NCBI GenBank assembly: GCA_963713605.1
Contig: CAVQMO010000010.1
Coordinates: 1,066,676-1,130,675, forward strand
Length of the DNA: 64,000 nucleotides
Direction: 5' to 3'
Source: an uncultured Nitrososphaerales archaeon
GTDB lineage: Archaea; Thermoproteota; Nitrososphaeria; Nitrososphaerales; Nitrososphaeraceae
The notes under the pieces are model-generated. The model worked only from the letters and a program-made list of their open reading frames with translations, was not told the origin of the DNA and made no database searches. Both the position numbers and the translations under genes were made by a program. This document shows positions 32,656 through 44,818 of this stretch, piece by piece; position 1 is the first letter of the stretch; each line of letters starts with the position of its first letter.

Positions 32656-33960
32656 GGAGCTGATTTGTTTAGGCTAGTAGTTTCGGACGAAAGATATTTT
32701 CTTTCAATCAAATCCAATATTTGTGCCGCTATCTTATCTTTTGATTGAATCGGTAAGTGTACGGTGCTCTTTTGTCGATCGATTATGTAGACTTCATTAT
32801 TATCTGATCCAAACCCTATAGTCCCTTTTCCGACGTCATTTGCTACAATCAGATCCGCTCCAGATTCTAGTAGTTTAGTGTAAGCCTTTTCAATAAGGAC
32901 TCTCGGTTCTACGTTATGCTCAGCCTTAAATCCAACCAAGAAAATGTCATAATTACATACCTTCTTTACTTTTGTAATAATTTTGTCGACCGGTACAAGA
33001 GTGATTTCTACCTTTCCTAGAGAACTTTCGATTTTGTTCTTCCATTTCTTTGCAACAGAAAAATCAGAAGTGGCTGATGTAAGGATAACTACATCAAATC
33101 TCTTCTCAGATAGTTTGGACATTACTAATTCAAACATCTCTTGAGCTGTATTCACCCTTTGAATTTCCATGCCTTGAGCTTGTAGGTAAGTGCCAGGATC
33201 CACCGATCCATGTCCATAGACTAAGGTCACACTTGCCCCTCTGCCGCATGCCTCCTTTGCAAGTGACATACCCATCTTTCCCGAACTCATATTCATGATA
33301 ACTCGAACTGGATCAATGTATTCAGCAGTACTTCCAGCAGTAATCAAGAAGCTCCTTCCTGCCAATTTTTTGTTGTTGCCCAATTGATTGTTTAGAACAT
33401 ACTCAAGAAGTTCATTGGCAGCAATCAGTTTGGCTTTTCCCTGTTCAATCCGCGGCTCCAGAAATTCTACTCCGTTTGCTTTGAGCTTGTTGATATTCTC
33501 CTGTATGATCTTATTGGAGTACATCGCTTCGTGCATGGCAGGACAGATAACAATTGGGATACCGGATCCAAGTGCCACAGTTAGGACAGAAGTCACAACC
33601 GTGTCATCTATTCCACTAGCTAATTTTCCAAGCGTATTAGCGGTACACGGGTAAACTATAACCATGTCAGTAGTATTTCGATCACCCAATGAAATATGTT
33701 CCAAATTACCGGTCAATTCAGTAACTACATCATTTCCTGTTGCCCATTTCATCATCTCATTGGAAACGAATGTTTTTGACGTCACATGATTCATGGCTGC
33801 GAAGACCTCTGCTCCATGCTTAATCAACAATCTAGCGACGTCAATGGCCTTGTATGCCGCAACACTGCCTGTAATGCAAAATATAATGCGGATGCCTACT
33901 CAGCTCTTCTCCTTCAGTACAGTAAATGTCTCTAGTTGGACGATACGAATACTTTTTCAT
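32652..33960 (-). CDS. coaBC: Phosphopantothenoylcysteine decarboxylase/synthetase (frameshift near 33895)
   Basis: ITGSVAAYK, PCTANTLGK, PAMH, TAGSTAEYIDPVR, SSGKMG, VGFKAE, IVAND. Confidence 0.93.
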
Positions 33961-34850
33961 TTGGTAACTCGAAGACTGCATTCATTCAAAAATTCTCCAT
34001 ATTCCTTAGAATCCATGTGGATAACATTCTCATTGCTGGGAAATATTCCTGATTTTACCTCCCGCGAATAGGTTTGAACAGAAGCGGCAATTAATTGATT
34101 TAAATCCAGATACTTCTTTACAAATCTTGGCTTCAACTTTTGATAGATTCCCAGCATGTCATAAGTTACTAATACTTGACCATCGCAAATAGGTCCTGAG
34201 CCTATTCCTATAGTTGGTATCGATAAATTCTTGGTTATTATTTCGGCGGCTTCAGTAGTTACCATTTCAAGTACAATACTAAATGCTCCTGCCTTTTCAA
34301 TAGACTTTGCATCTTGTAAGAGTTTTAGGGCTGATTCCTTGGTTTTTCCGGCAGCATTTGATGAATTCCACATGCTCGAAGTCTGAGGTTTGTATCCAAT
34401 ATGTCCCATAACAGGTATCCCTATATCAACCAAGGCTTTTATTCGATCAAATATTTCTTCCCCGCCCTCGACCTTAACTGAGTCCGCTCCGGCCTTGATC
34501 AATCTTACTGCGTTTGAGATGGTCTTGTTGATGCTATTTTGGTATGATCCAAATGGCATATCTACAGTTATCATTGCTTTATTTGCGGCATTGGATACAG
34601 CCTTACAAAATAGTAACATTTCTACCATATTAACTGGCCGTGTGGTTGGGTATCCAAGCATTACCATTCCTGCACTATCTCCTACGAGTATTATGTCAAT
34701 GTCACTCGTGTCAATAATTAAAGCAATTGAAAAGTCATATGCAGTCAAAACCGCCAGTTTTTCTCCTTTCTTCTTTGTATCTACGATTTCGAACACCGTT
34801 TTTTTTCTAGATTGGTTGCTAAATGGTTGCACTAATTTCAGAACCTCCAA
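33957..34850 (-). CDS. panB: Ketopantoate hydroxymethyltransferase
   Basis: LTAYD, LVGDS, DMPFGSY, VKVEGG, GHIG, IGIGSG..CDGQVLV. Confidence 0.95.
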   Translation of the reverse strand: MEVLKLVQPFSNQSRKKTVFEIVDTKKKGEKLAVLTAYDFSIALIIDTSDIDIILVGDSAGMVMLGYPTTRPVNMVEMLLFCKAVSNAANKAMITVDMPFGSYQNSINKTISNAVRLIKAGADSVKVEGGEEIFDRIKALVDIGIPVMGHIGYKPQTSSMWNSSNAAGKTKESALKLLQDAKSIEKAGAFSIVLEMVTTEAAEIITKNLSIPTIGIGSGPICDGQVLVTYDMLGIYQKLKPRFVKKYLDLNQLIAASVQTYSREVKSGIFPSNENVIHMDSKEYGEFLNECSLRVTK

Positions 34851-35588
34851 GACGAATGAGTCTTAGGCTTTCATTCAAATTCCTAATATTGTCAAATCTA
34901 CTAATCATGTCTGTTAAAGAATGTCTATTCTTGCTTTTAAACTCCAATATGGTCCGAATCAAAATGGGGATTACCCTGACAACGTTATCAACTATGCAAA
35001 TAGTAGCATGGACTGCGGTCCTTGAGAGTGGATTTAGATCAACTGCTATTACCTTTTTACCCATTCTTATCAGGGCTTCAGTCCTATCTCCATCTTCTAG
35101 AGGAACAAATACGGTGTCAGCAGCTGCAATCCCCCTTGGATCAATGCGCTTTCGTTCTCCATTTAAGTTGGGAATAACTGCAGTCCTATCTCTGCCTACT
35201 CCTAGAACGTCTGTTGCTCCTAATCTTTCGAGATGATTCCTTATTGCGCGCTCTCTGCGCACTGAATGATAAAATAGATTCACCTCGATCAGTGCCCCGC
35301 ATGCTCTACTCAGCTCTACTATCTCTTTTCCACACAGAGTAGCAAAATTCCCGTTCACAGATATGATGGGATGGCTAGAAGTAAGTAAGATGGCCGACAG
35401 GCAGCGTTGATAGCCATGATGGCACTTCGGGTTGTTTTCTCGCCTATTAGATAGTCAAAGGTCTCTCCCCTTCCATATGCAATCAGACCTTCTTCAACAA
35501 CAAGTCCATCTTTTAATCCATCCACGAGCATTTCTCTTATTCGTAGTGACACTGCTCTCGGATGATCCTTTGGAATACTAATTCGCAT
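34819..35588 (-). CDS. Phosphopantothenate synthetase, archaeal PPS (frameshift near 35390)
   Basis: IPKDHPRAVSL, GRGETFDYLIGE, SVNGN, EVNLF, VPLEDGDR, DLNPLSRT. Confidence 0.9.
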
Positions 35589-36527
35589 ATTTACATTCGC
35601 ATATCAGTCTTGCGCCCATCGAATCAATGTTAGCTTCGATAATCATTCCATCAAATTTACTCAGACATGATCGCACCTCTTTTGCTCTTTCGCGTCGGAC
35701 AATCGTGAACACAGTTTCACCGAATAATGCAATACTGCATTTGAATCCTTCAGATTTCAGAGCTCTAATGGGTTCATTGCAAATGCCATTGGTCAAGCCC
35801 AATGCATTAGCAAGACTAAAGGATGAATCCAGAAATCCGTCTATGTCATCCATTAACTTTAATCTATTCAACAGACTCTCTAGAACAGCAATTCTTATCA
35901 CCTATGTTCATTAATTGGTTACTCAGCATCGTCTTGGTTGATAGCGGCGAAATGCATAGGATAGTTGCAACGTAGCCGTTAAGTTCCTTTCTCAACGTCA
36001 GTCCCTTTCCAGGTGCACCTGGTTTCAACCGAATTTCGTACCCCCCTACATATAACGCCGCAACTGTACCTAGCCCTGTTTTGCACGCAATATCTGCGCA
36101 ATGAGCTACCTAAGCCGCCCTCTACCTTGCTAAGGCCTATATTCAGCGAATTGTTTAAGGCATAGGAAAGGCTCACCGCCGCTGCGCCACTTGAGCCAAG
36201 ACCAAATCCAATCGGTATCCCAGTGGTGTGACTAATCTGCAGAAAAATAGGCTTGTCAATTAGATTGAGATAGTACTCTGCAACATACGATGATACAGGT
36301 GCCTCTTGCACTTGAATACCGTCAATAGAAATACAATAGCCTTTGGTTTTAGCTTCAAAGGTGGTAGCAGTCGTGGTAATGCCCCTAGAAATTGAAAAAC
36401 CCGCACCTATTGAACCCGTACTAAGAATATCTGTCTTCTGTGGTTCTGCAGGAGCAAATATACCTGTTACGTGTCCGGGACTGAATGCCGTAGATGTAGC
36501 AACGATATCTGAGAGTAACGTAGCCAT
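35578..36527 (-). CDS. Pantoate kinase, GHMP family (frameshifted)
   Basis: AFSPGHVTG, GSIGAG, PIGFGLGSSGA, TGLGTV, ALFGETVF; within the CoA operon. Confidence 0.88.
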
Positions 36528-36594
36528 AACTTATTTAGAATTTATTGATAATATAAGAATAATGTTTAATTAGTTTAAATATGTTTAAATTTAA

Positions 36595-37595
36595 ATGGTC
36601 TCCTACGCTCGCCGACTTCAGAAAATAGGAAGTAGCACGCTTGTATCACTGCCAGCTAATTGGGTCCGTCAGAATCAACTAAAGAAAGGTGATACCATTC
36701 TAATGGAACTTAGCAATGATAATTCAATTGCCATAATTCCGTCAAATGACAGGGATGGAATCATCCGGGGATTTGGTATCGGTTATCCCGCTAGGGTTGT
36801 AGATATTCTCATTAACCAGTTATTCGGAGCTTACCTTTTAGGGTTTGATAACATTAGGATCAAGGCTAGAACCCCAATAGACTATGAAGATCGGGAGAAA
36901 ATCCTAACTGCCTCAAGTAAGCTAGTAGGACTTGAAATTGTTGACGAGGATAGCCTCAACATCAACTTTCAATTCCTTATAGATGCTAACTCACTAGATG
37001 CCGCGAAGATTCTCCGTAGAATGAATGCAATAATCAAAGGAATGATGAGGGATGGGCTTAAGGCTATAGTGAACAAAGACATGAAGCTAATAAAGACTCA
37101 TTGCAAGACGAGACGACGAAATCGATAGACAGTACTTTCTTGCTGGTTCGTCTGATCAGAAGTGCAATGCTAAATCAACGAATTGCACGCAAACTCGATC
37201 TGAGCAATATCGACATTCTCGATTACAGAGTAGCGGCGAGCTACCTAGAAAGCGCTGGTGATTATGTTTCAGAATTTTCGTCCTCAATACCGAAATTATG
37301 GGGAACTGGAATTGGAAATGATATTGTAGAAGCTGGCATGATCGTTGACAATATGCAGCACAGAGCTATAAGCGCATTTATAGCTAAGGACGATTTGCTG
37401 AGCGAGGAAGTAGTGACGATGTACCTAAAATTCTCAAAACTATCTGTTTCTATAAAAGAGAAGTCCACTAAGGGCTCACAACCTGACCCAAACATTTCGA
37501 TTCTCAACTGCGTCTATTCTATGGACCGGATTGCTAAATGTTGGGTCGACATTGCGGATCTTGTAAAACCAGGATATCCAAAATCACAAATTTAA
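36595..37595 (+). CDS. AbrB-PhoU family phosphate regulator (frameshift near 37100)
   Basis: RRLQKIGSSTLVSLPANW AbrB domain; AYLLG; LESAGD and DRIA PhoU repeats. Confidence 0.85.
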
Positions 37596-37888
37596 GAGTC
37601 CAATTGAATCTGTTCCCCATGCAATATTCCTACTTAATTGAAAATGATAAACCAAAGATGCGAGATGATGGTCAATTTTGCCCTAATCGTTGATGAGTTC
37701 TCAATCACCTCTGTCTAACCTGATAGTATGCAGCCAATAAATTTAGCATATGCTCTGCGTTCTTCTTCGAGGAGCTCAGTTGAATGAATGAACGAATGAA
37801 AGGAAATAATCTTTAGATCACAGTTGCAAATCTTGCGCGCACAAAACCAAATGAAGAATAAATAATACTACGCCTTATATGATGCCAT

Positions 37889-38321
37889 ATGCCCCCAACA
37901 GAAGGGAATTCCCTCGGAAAAAAATAAGTCTATCATAAAATCATTTATTGAAGAGATTTTCAACGAACACAATTTATCATCAGCCGAAAAATACTTCGGT
38001 CAAGATTCTGTTGAAGGCATTCCTCAGGCAGGGCAGGGCGTTGAAGGATTTAGACAGTTTTCAACCGCATTCTTTAAGGCATTTCCTGACATGCATACAA
38101 CGGTAGAACTTTTCGTGGCAGAAAATAATCATGTGATGGTATTTCTAAATGGATCTGGAACTCACATAGGCAAGTTTCACGGTTACCAACCTACACACAA
38201 TAAGGTGAACATCAGATCCGCAGGTCTGTACAAAATATAAAATGATTTAATTACTGGGCATTGGGATGTGGTAGATCACCTTGATTTGCTAAAACAAACT
38301 GGTGCATTACTTCCTGGGTAA
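37889..38321 (+). pseudogene. SnoaL-like ester cyclase, disrupted
   Basis: NKSIIKSFIEEIFNEHN...AFPD...GTHIGKFHG..PT...GHWDVVD with a frameshift and an in-frame TAA near 38238. Confidence 0.75.
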
Positions 38322-38887
38322 GAGTATTAGGAAACGGCAGACTCATTAGGTATGGTGCGAGCTGGGTCTGTCGGTATTTAAATCAGAAAGTCAGATTTGG
38401 ATTTGCGCAAGGCGACGGGGTGTGTCATACACCCGGCTCCTAAAAACTTCAGCAGTCTTATAGATAAATGAATTACTGAAATCTGGAAATTATAGTGATA
38501 TTTCTGCTAGTATCGCAAAAATCAATTTTCCTTTATTACAACCAGGATGTAACCCAAATCATCTTATTCGATGTGATGGAATATTTAGTTTATAATTTTA
38601 TACAATCGGAGGACGGTTTTTACATGAGGCCATTAGTTTGTCAATTTTTACCTAATGGTGTAAAAACCTATAAATAACAAATTTGATTGGTATTAGTAGT
38701 ATTAGTGTACAGTAATAAAGCATGTTGGGTAAGCTGTGTATGTAGCTGTCCTTCTCTATCTACTTTTATGATATGTCGAATTTAACTTGTTATTAAATAC
38801 ATCGAACAATTCTGTGTTAGTATACTTATTTTTACCTTCAGTATTCTTATGACCGTAATCGGTTCTTATGTGCAAGATGAATATCAC

Positions 38888-38931
38888 TTTGGACTCTAAA
38901 AGAATACTCCTTGGACTCTAAAAGAATACTC
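38888..38931. repeat. 21-bp direct repeat upstream of the Ala/Gly-rich gene
   Basis: TTGGACTCTAAAAGAATACTC twice, just upstream of TTTATATAAAA. Confidence 0.8.
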
Positions 38932-38999
38932 CAACGTGTATTCTCTTCTAGTAGAATTTATATAAAAATGCTTATATACTATTGTTATACCCAGGTACT

Positions 39000-40723
39000 T
39001 TGAGTAACTTGAGAAACAATGTTTTTTCATACATATTTGTAGCAATACTAATGGGGGCACTTGGACTTCACGTAATACCAATTAATCAGGTATTTGCGTC
39101 CACTGGTGCATCCTCAGCCGCAGCAGCGGCAGCAGGTGACGCCGCAGCAGCAGCCGCAGCAGCAGCTGGTGGTTCAGCGCGCGCAGCTGCAGCCGCAGGT
39201 GACGCCGCAGCAGCAGCCGCAGCAGCAGCTGGTGGTTCAGCGGCGCAGCCGCAGCTGCAGCAGGCTCAGCAGCCGGCAGCAGCAGTAGCAGCAGGTGGCG
39301 GTTCAGCAGCCGGCAGCAGCAGCAGCAGGTGGAGCGAGCAGCAGTAGCGAGCAGCTGGTGGTTCAGCAGCCGCAGCCGCAGCCGCAGGTGAAGCAGCAGC
39401 AGCCGCAGGCAGCGGCTGGAAACGATCCAGCAGCAGCGGCCGCAGCAGCAGCAGGTAACTCCGGAGCCGCAGCAGCAGCAGCAGCCGCAGCTGGCAATGG
39501 TGCAGCTGCAGGTGGCAGCAGCAGGCTCAGCAGCCGGCAGCAGTAGCAGCAGCCGGTGGTTCAGCAGCAGCCGCAGCAGCAGCAGGCTCAGCAGCGGCAG
39601 CAGTAGCAGCAGCCGGTGGTTCAGGCAGCAGCCGGAGCAGCAGCAGGTGGAGCAGCAGCAGCCGCAGCTGCTGCTGGAGGAGATCCTGGCTCAGCAGCCG
39701 CAGCAGCAGCAGCCGGCAGCAGGTGGTTCAGGAGCAGCCGGCAGCAGCAGCAGGTGGAGCAGCAGCAGCCGGAGCAGGCAGCGGGTGGCGGTGGTTCAGC
39801 AGCAGCAGCCGCAGCAGCAGGTGGAGCGCGGAGCAGCCGCTGGAGCAGCAGCAGCGGGTGGTGGTTCAGGCAGCAGCAGCCGGAGCAGCTGGCGCAGCAG
39901 CGTCAGCAGCAGCCGGAGCAGCTGGTGGTGGTTCATCAGCCGCCGGCAGCAGCAGCAGCAGCAGCGGGTGGTGGAGCTGCAGGCGCAGCAGCTGGCTCAG
40001 GAGCAGCAGCAGCCGGAGCAGCTGGTGGTGGTGCTGGAGCGGCAGCAGCAGCCGCCTCAGCAGCCGGCAGCAGCAGCGTCAGGCGGAGCCTCGGCTGGAG
40101 CAGGAGCAGCAGCAGGTGGTGCGAGCCGGAGCAGCCGGAGCAGCTGGCGGGGATGCTGCTGCAGCAGCCGCAGCAGCAGCAGAAGAGAATGGAGCCTCGG
40201 CCGCAGCAGCAGCAGCAGCAGGTAGCGGCAGCAGAGCAGCTGCGAGCAGCAGCAGAAGATGCAGCTGCAGCAGCTGCTGCTGCTGGAGGAGATGAATCTA
40301 CAGCAGCCGCCGGAGCAGCAGCTGCTGCTGGAGCAGCTGGTGCGGCAGCAGCAGGAGGCGCAGATCCAGAAGAAGCAGCCGGCAGCAGGTTCTTCAGCAG
40401 CAGGTGCAGCAGAGGAGTCTCAGAGAAACATGGTAGCCGCTGAACAACCGGTTATAGATAACATGGTAGCCGCTGAACAACCTGGCGCAGCACCAGCTGT
40501 TGAAGCTGAACCTCCTGCAGAACAACCTCCAGCTGACGAACCAGAACAACCTCCAGCCTGACGAACCAGAACAACCTCCAGCTGACGAACCAGAACAACC
40601 TCCAGCTGACGGCGAAGGCAATGGCAATGGTGACGGCGAAGGCAATGGCAATGGTGACGGCGAAGGAATGGCAATGGTGACGGCGAAGGAAATGGCAATG
40701 GTGACGGCGAAGGCAACAATTAG
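39000..40723 (+). CDS. Secreted poly-Ala/Gly low-complexity protein with EQPPADEP and GNGDGE C-terminal repeats (many indels)
   Basis: Signal peptide ...LGLHVIPINQVFA, then GCA-rich (A)nGG blocks; stop at 40721-40723 followed by a T-tract. Confidence 0.75.
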
Positions 40724-41412
40724 TGGAAACAAAACCCACTTCCTTTTTTTATAATTAATACTTGAATGAAATAGATTCGAACCCCTTTTCTTCTCTGTGA
40801 TTCAGAACGTTAATTCTTACTTAAAGTAGACTATGTTTTATGCCAATAAACAAACATCTGAAACTTTCCACATATTCTTTTTCAAGTTGCAGTTCTTCCT
40901 GATAACGAAGTACCTCCTGAAGGTAGAGCACCTGTGAAGGAGAAGAAGGCGGAGTCTCCTATGCCACACGTTAGACATTGTAATTTAATCATCTAGCTGA
41001 TGATCGTCTGCTCTTTAAAGATGCAATTTAAAGGGAATAGATAGTAGCGATTAGGGCAGGGGGGGCCGTAGATCCTATTGAAGCAAAAAAGAATCGGATT
41101 TTCTATCTGTCTCAGAAAGGCAACTACTAGCCAATCAAGGAATTCAGTGCTGGCACAACATATCACTCTGCGAGTTTTTGTCTGGTAGTCCGATTAAATA
41201 TTACCATACTTATAATTCGTATGTATCCTTGACTGACTTCGTATCTAATTATTCGTAACTGTAGGTAAAAGAATGTTTTCACAGGATTAAGATTGCTTAA
41301 TCAAAATTTCCCAAACACATTCATGTTTGTGCCTGACAACATGGGTTTTCACCCAATTTTATAAATTGTGGTTTATGTTGTTTTTCTTTTTCGCATTAGA
41401 TGATGATTTAAA

Positions 41413-42294
41413 TTGTCAGAGAACCCTTGTGAGCCAAAAAATTCTGTAATGGATTACATATTTGGCCAGACTCTCAAAGATGATATAACAGTGTTGGTAG
41501 ACCCAATCCTGAGTCGAAACGGTGCATGTTATTGCGGCACCGGAAATAAATATAAAAACTGTCACTTGAAGCCATTTTATTCAACCGAACATTGTTCATG
41601 TAAGATTAGCGAATTTGACACCATCAAGTTTGAAAATAGGCTTTCACAACAACACTTCGCAGCCCAATTTCATGGAATATTGAGATAGCCGATTTGTTAA
41701 AGCCGTTTTCGGATTTGAAAGAAGATGATGGATGGGAAAATCGTATTAAGAAGAGATTAAGTAAAATTCATCATAAATTAGACGCGATAGAGTATCACAT
41801 TGAATCGTTCAAGAAATTTGAAAAGAATGTCGAACCCGATTGGAATCATATTGTTGAAAATACTACGATGAACAAGATATATGATGATCCCCTGTTAATT
41901 TGCAATTTTGAGTCATTTCTTTTTCAATCGAAATCTTGACTAGATGTTTTTTCTCAGTTACTTGCATATAGTTTCAATGAGAACAATACCACTAATGCCA
42001 ACAATGGAACCGATCTCATCAACCAATTGCGGAAGAAACTGCAGAAGGATAACAGTAAGGAAGTAAGAAGGGTGATTGATGTTATTCAAGGTAGTCGAAA
42101 CTGGATCAAGGAATAGATTGAAATGCGTGACGAAGTCGCCCATTTCTCATCTCGAAGGGCTTTCCTGCTTTCTAATCACGCAGAGTAACGAAGCCGACGA
42201 ATATGTCAGGGTTTATTATCCATCTATACCTTCTGGAGAGCGAGTTTCTAAAGTCTGCACCGAGATTGCTTGTCTGTACTGCAGTACAATTTGA
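41413..42294 (+). pseudogene. SEC-C motif + HEPN-like protein, disrupted
   Basis: CYCGTGNKYKNCH; FESFLFQSKS*LDVFSQ; WIKE*IEMRDEVAH (Rx4H) with in-frame stops. Confidence 0.65.
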
Positions 42295-42358
42295 GCACCT
42301 TTTCCTCTATGGTTTATTATAGTCTCATTAGCGCCTTTATTTTGCTGCTGTCGTAATA

Positions 42359-43381
42359 TTAGTGACTACCATTTCCTGCGGTAGGTATACTTATGAATGG
42401 TGTTTCTCCCCCTCCTGCTCCTCCACCTACCACTAGAGGCAACTGGCCATCCCATTTCTGGGATTTGAGCCAATCTAGATAGCTAGGACTCTGCCGCAGC
42501 TGCTCATCTATTGTGGTTATAGCTTGTGCTTCACCTTGTGCCTGTAGTACGTTCGCTTGTCTAACTCCTTCAGCTCTAGCAATGTTTGCTTGCTGCTCTC
42601 CCACTGCTCTTGCTTCTGCCTGTTGCGCCTCAATCTCAATTCTACGCAGCTCATTCTGTGCCTGCAATGCCCTCTGTTGGGCTGCTACTTTTGCCTCTAC
42701 TGCTCTTACGAATTCTGGTGAAAATTCAAACTCAGTAATTGATATTGCGTCTACGACGATATTGTATGCAGCTAATCTGGCCCTAATCTGTTGCTCAATC
42801 TCTGTTTTGACACTCTCTCTTTGAGTAATGAGCTCCTCTGCATTAAATCTGGCGGTTACTTGTTTGACCGACTCTTGAATTGCTGGTACAATCACTCTGT
42901 TTGCGTAATCAAGTCCTAGATTTTTGTAAACATTCTGTGCATTATCAGGATCTAGATGATAATTCAGTGCTACCTGTGTTCTTACGTCTTGAAGGTCCCC
43001 GGATGCAGAAGCTGCATCCTCTGTTATCCTTTGTGTTCTTACTTCCATCTGTACTACATTATCTCTTACTGGAACTACGAAATGAATCCCCTCATTTAAT
43101 GAACTACTAACGTCAACGGCACCGAAATTTAACAATACTCCTCTATTTCCAGCGTCGACGATCTTTACACTATTTGTAACTAGGAATGCTACTATGATTA
43201 TGCCAATTACTGCGGGAATGACTATTTTTATGAGTGAGTTTGATCCCTTACCGATTCCAGGTCCTCCTGATCCTCTACGAAAAAAACCACCTCCACCTGG
43301 AAATCTGTCACCCCCACCTGTGTCTTCAAGGGGCTCCCCTTCTGGAGTCATCTTTCTATTTTTCCCTGGTTTTAAGTTCAT
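42359..43381 (-). CDS. Prohibitin/SPFH (band 7) protein
   Basis: GNRGVLLNFG, EGIHF, SGDLQ, FNAEELITQRE, AVEAKVAAQQ, KWDGQLP. Confidence 0.93.
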   Translation of the reverse strand: MNLKPGKNRKMTPEGEPLEDTGGGDRFPGGGGFFRRGSGGPGIGKGSNSLIKIVIPAVIGIIIVAFLVTNSVKIVDAGNRGVLLNFGAVDVSSSLNEGIHFVVPVRDNVVQMEVRTQRITEDAASASGDLQDVRTQVALNYHLDPDNAQNVYKNLGLDYANRVIVPAIQESVKQVTARFNAEELITQRESVKTEIEQQIRARLAAYNIVVDAISITEFEFSPEFVRAVEAKVAAQQRALQAQNELRRIEIEAQQAEARAVGEQQANIARAEGVRQANVLQAQGEAQAITTIDEQLRQSPSYLDWLKSQKWDGQLPLVVGGGAGGGETPFISIPTAGNGSH

Positions 43382-43614
43382 AGTGGTTGTAACTTTTGAG
43401 AAAACCCATGTCCAACATCGATAGGTATATTGTCATGATGTAAAGCAGTTTGAGATATCCAGAGCAATTGTGAATGAAAAAAATGCACATTTACTACTTA
43501 TATACATATGTATATGTAAAGTGGGGGGAATCTTTCAATCATTGAAGTAGTTTTAAATCAATCGAATTACATTTATTGTTAAATGAGAAGAGATCCCCGA
43601 ACAGGACTAAATAA

Positions 43615-43760
43615 CGCAGAATCTCATCTCATAATACTGTAAGAATAGAAGCAGAGTTGCTTAAGGGATATATCAGTATTGGGACATGTTTTTTGTACCA
43701 ATTTCTAAGTGGTAGTGGTAATAAAATTCGTGCTCCTGCCCTGGTGACAAATAACAATGT
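43615..43760 (+). pseudogene. Trypsin-like serine protease N-terminal remnant
   Basis: RIEAEL..GYISIGTCFLY...PALVTNNNV resembles GTGF...LVTNxHV. Confidence 0.4.
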
Positions 43761-43890
43761 TTTAGAAATGCTTTATCCTTAACATTGAATGCAGCAATTG
43801 TTGCTGCTACTACCAGTTAGAAAAACTGGTGAATCATTTTTGACGCAAGGTTCAGGCTCAAACTAAGGGACCCGAAATAATCATTTGCCA

Positions 43891-44202
43891 CTAGCAACTA
43901 TCAAACAAAGTACAAAGTGGCTGTGTGGTGTGTGTTTTAGAACTTGTTTTCGATTCATCTCCCGAACTTGCTTCCGATTCATCTCCCGAACTTGCTTCCG
44001 ATTCATCTCCCAAACTTGCTATACCACCAGTTCCTTCCGTGGAATTGCCTTCGGTCATGTTGCCGCCAGTTGTATTTCCCATAGTCATGTTGCCAGTCGT
44101 CTGTGTCGATGCTAGACCAATTCCAAGACCAGCTATCATTACGGCTGCAGTTGCAATCATCGCCGATATCATAATATGAAGTGTTTGTTGATTCATTTTC
44201 AC
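43891..44202 (-). CDS. Small secreted protein (NMT-linker, GGIA family)
   Basis: Signal peptide, GNMT/GNTT repeats, TGGIAS, GDESEASS repeats, ends CTLFDSC. Confidence 0.7.
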   Translation of the reverse strand: MKMNQQTLHIMISAMIATAAVMIAGLGIGLASTQTTGNMTMGNTTGGNMTEGNSTEGTGGIASLGDESEASSGDESEASSGDESKTSSKTHTTQPLCTLFDSC

Positions 44203-44818
44203 GATATAGAAGTAGGTACTATAACCTGCTTATAACCTTGGGTGGTGCGGTGAGGAAGGTGGAGCGGGGACTTCGTGGTGGTTGTGTTTCGATGCAAACA
44301 ACATAAGTGAACCTGAAAAATATGATGAATATAGCGTCAGAATGGAATTGCCAGCATATGCAGACTCTGACGTCGACAACGACTGTGATGACACGCTGTG
44401 TTTGATATTTGTAAGGGGAGATAATCACTGGCTATCTCGGTTACAGAGGGTTTACAATACCGATTATTAGTAACGGCGCGATGGACGAAGTAGCTGCAGA
44501 TTGGAGAGAACAGCATTGAGATAAATTCTTGAGGTCACCCCGTCGGTGTATGAATCATATTTGACTTAACAATTAGGCTCAGCATTCTATGATACATCGA
44601 TTAGCAACAGAAGAATAAGGCCGGTGAAATAAAGATTTCAAACAATTTAAACTCCTTTAAACTCTATAATGGACGTTCGTATATGTATATCACAAGCGAT
44701 ATCTACACACTTTCACGCTCAGGACTTTGTTACCCTCTCATTAGTAACAAATTAGTGCTTTGAATTAACTAGGATTTCAATTAAAAAAGAAATAAGGATA
44801 TTATGACATTGTTTGCTC

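Noticed and set aside
2759..37595. Frameshifts in pfkB, CBS, thiI-like, aCPSF1, FKBP, pepQ, coaBC, PPS, PoK and phoU as pseudogenes or programmed frameshifting
   Set aside because: They are single-base indels in many essential genes with otherwise intact motifs, most simply explained as long-read assembly errors.
39094..40754. Poly-Gln, poly-Ser and poly-Cys ORFs
   Set aside because: Alternative frames and strands of the GCA-rich Ala/Gly gene.
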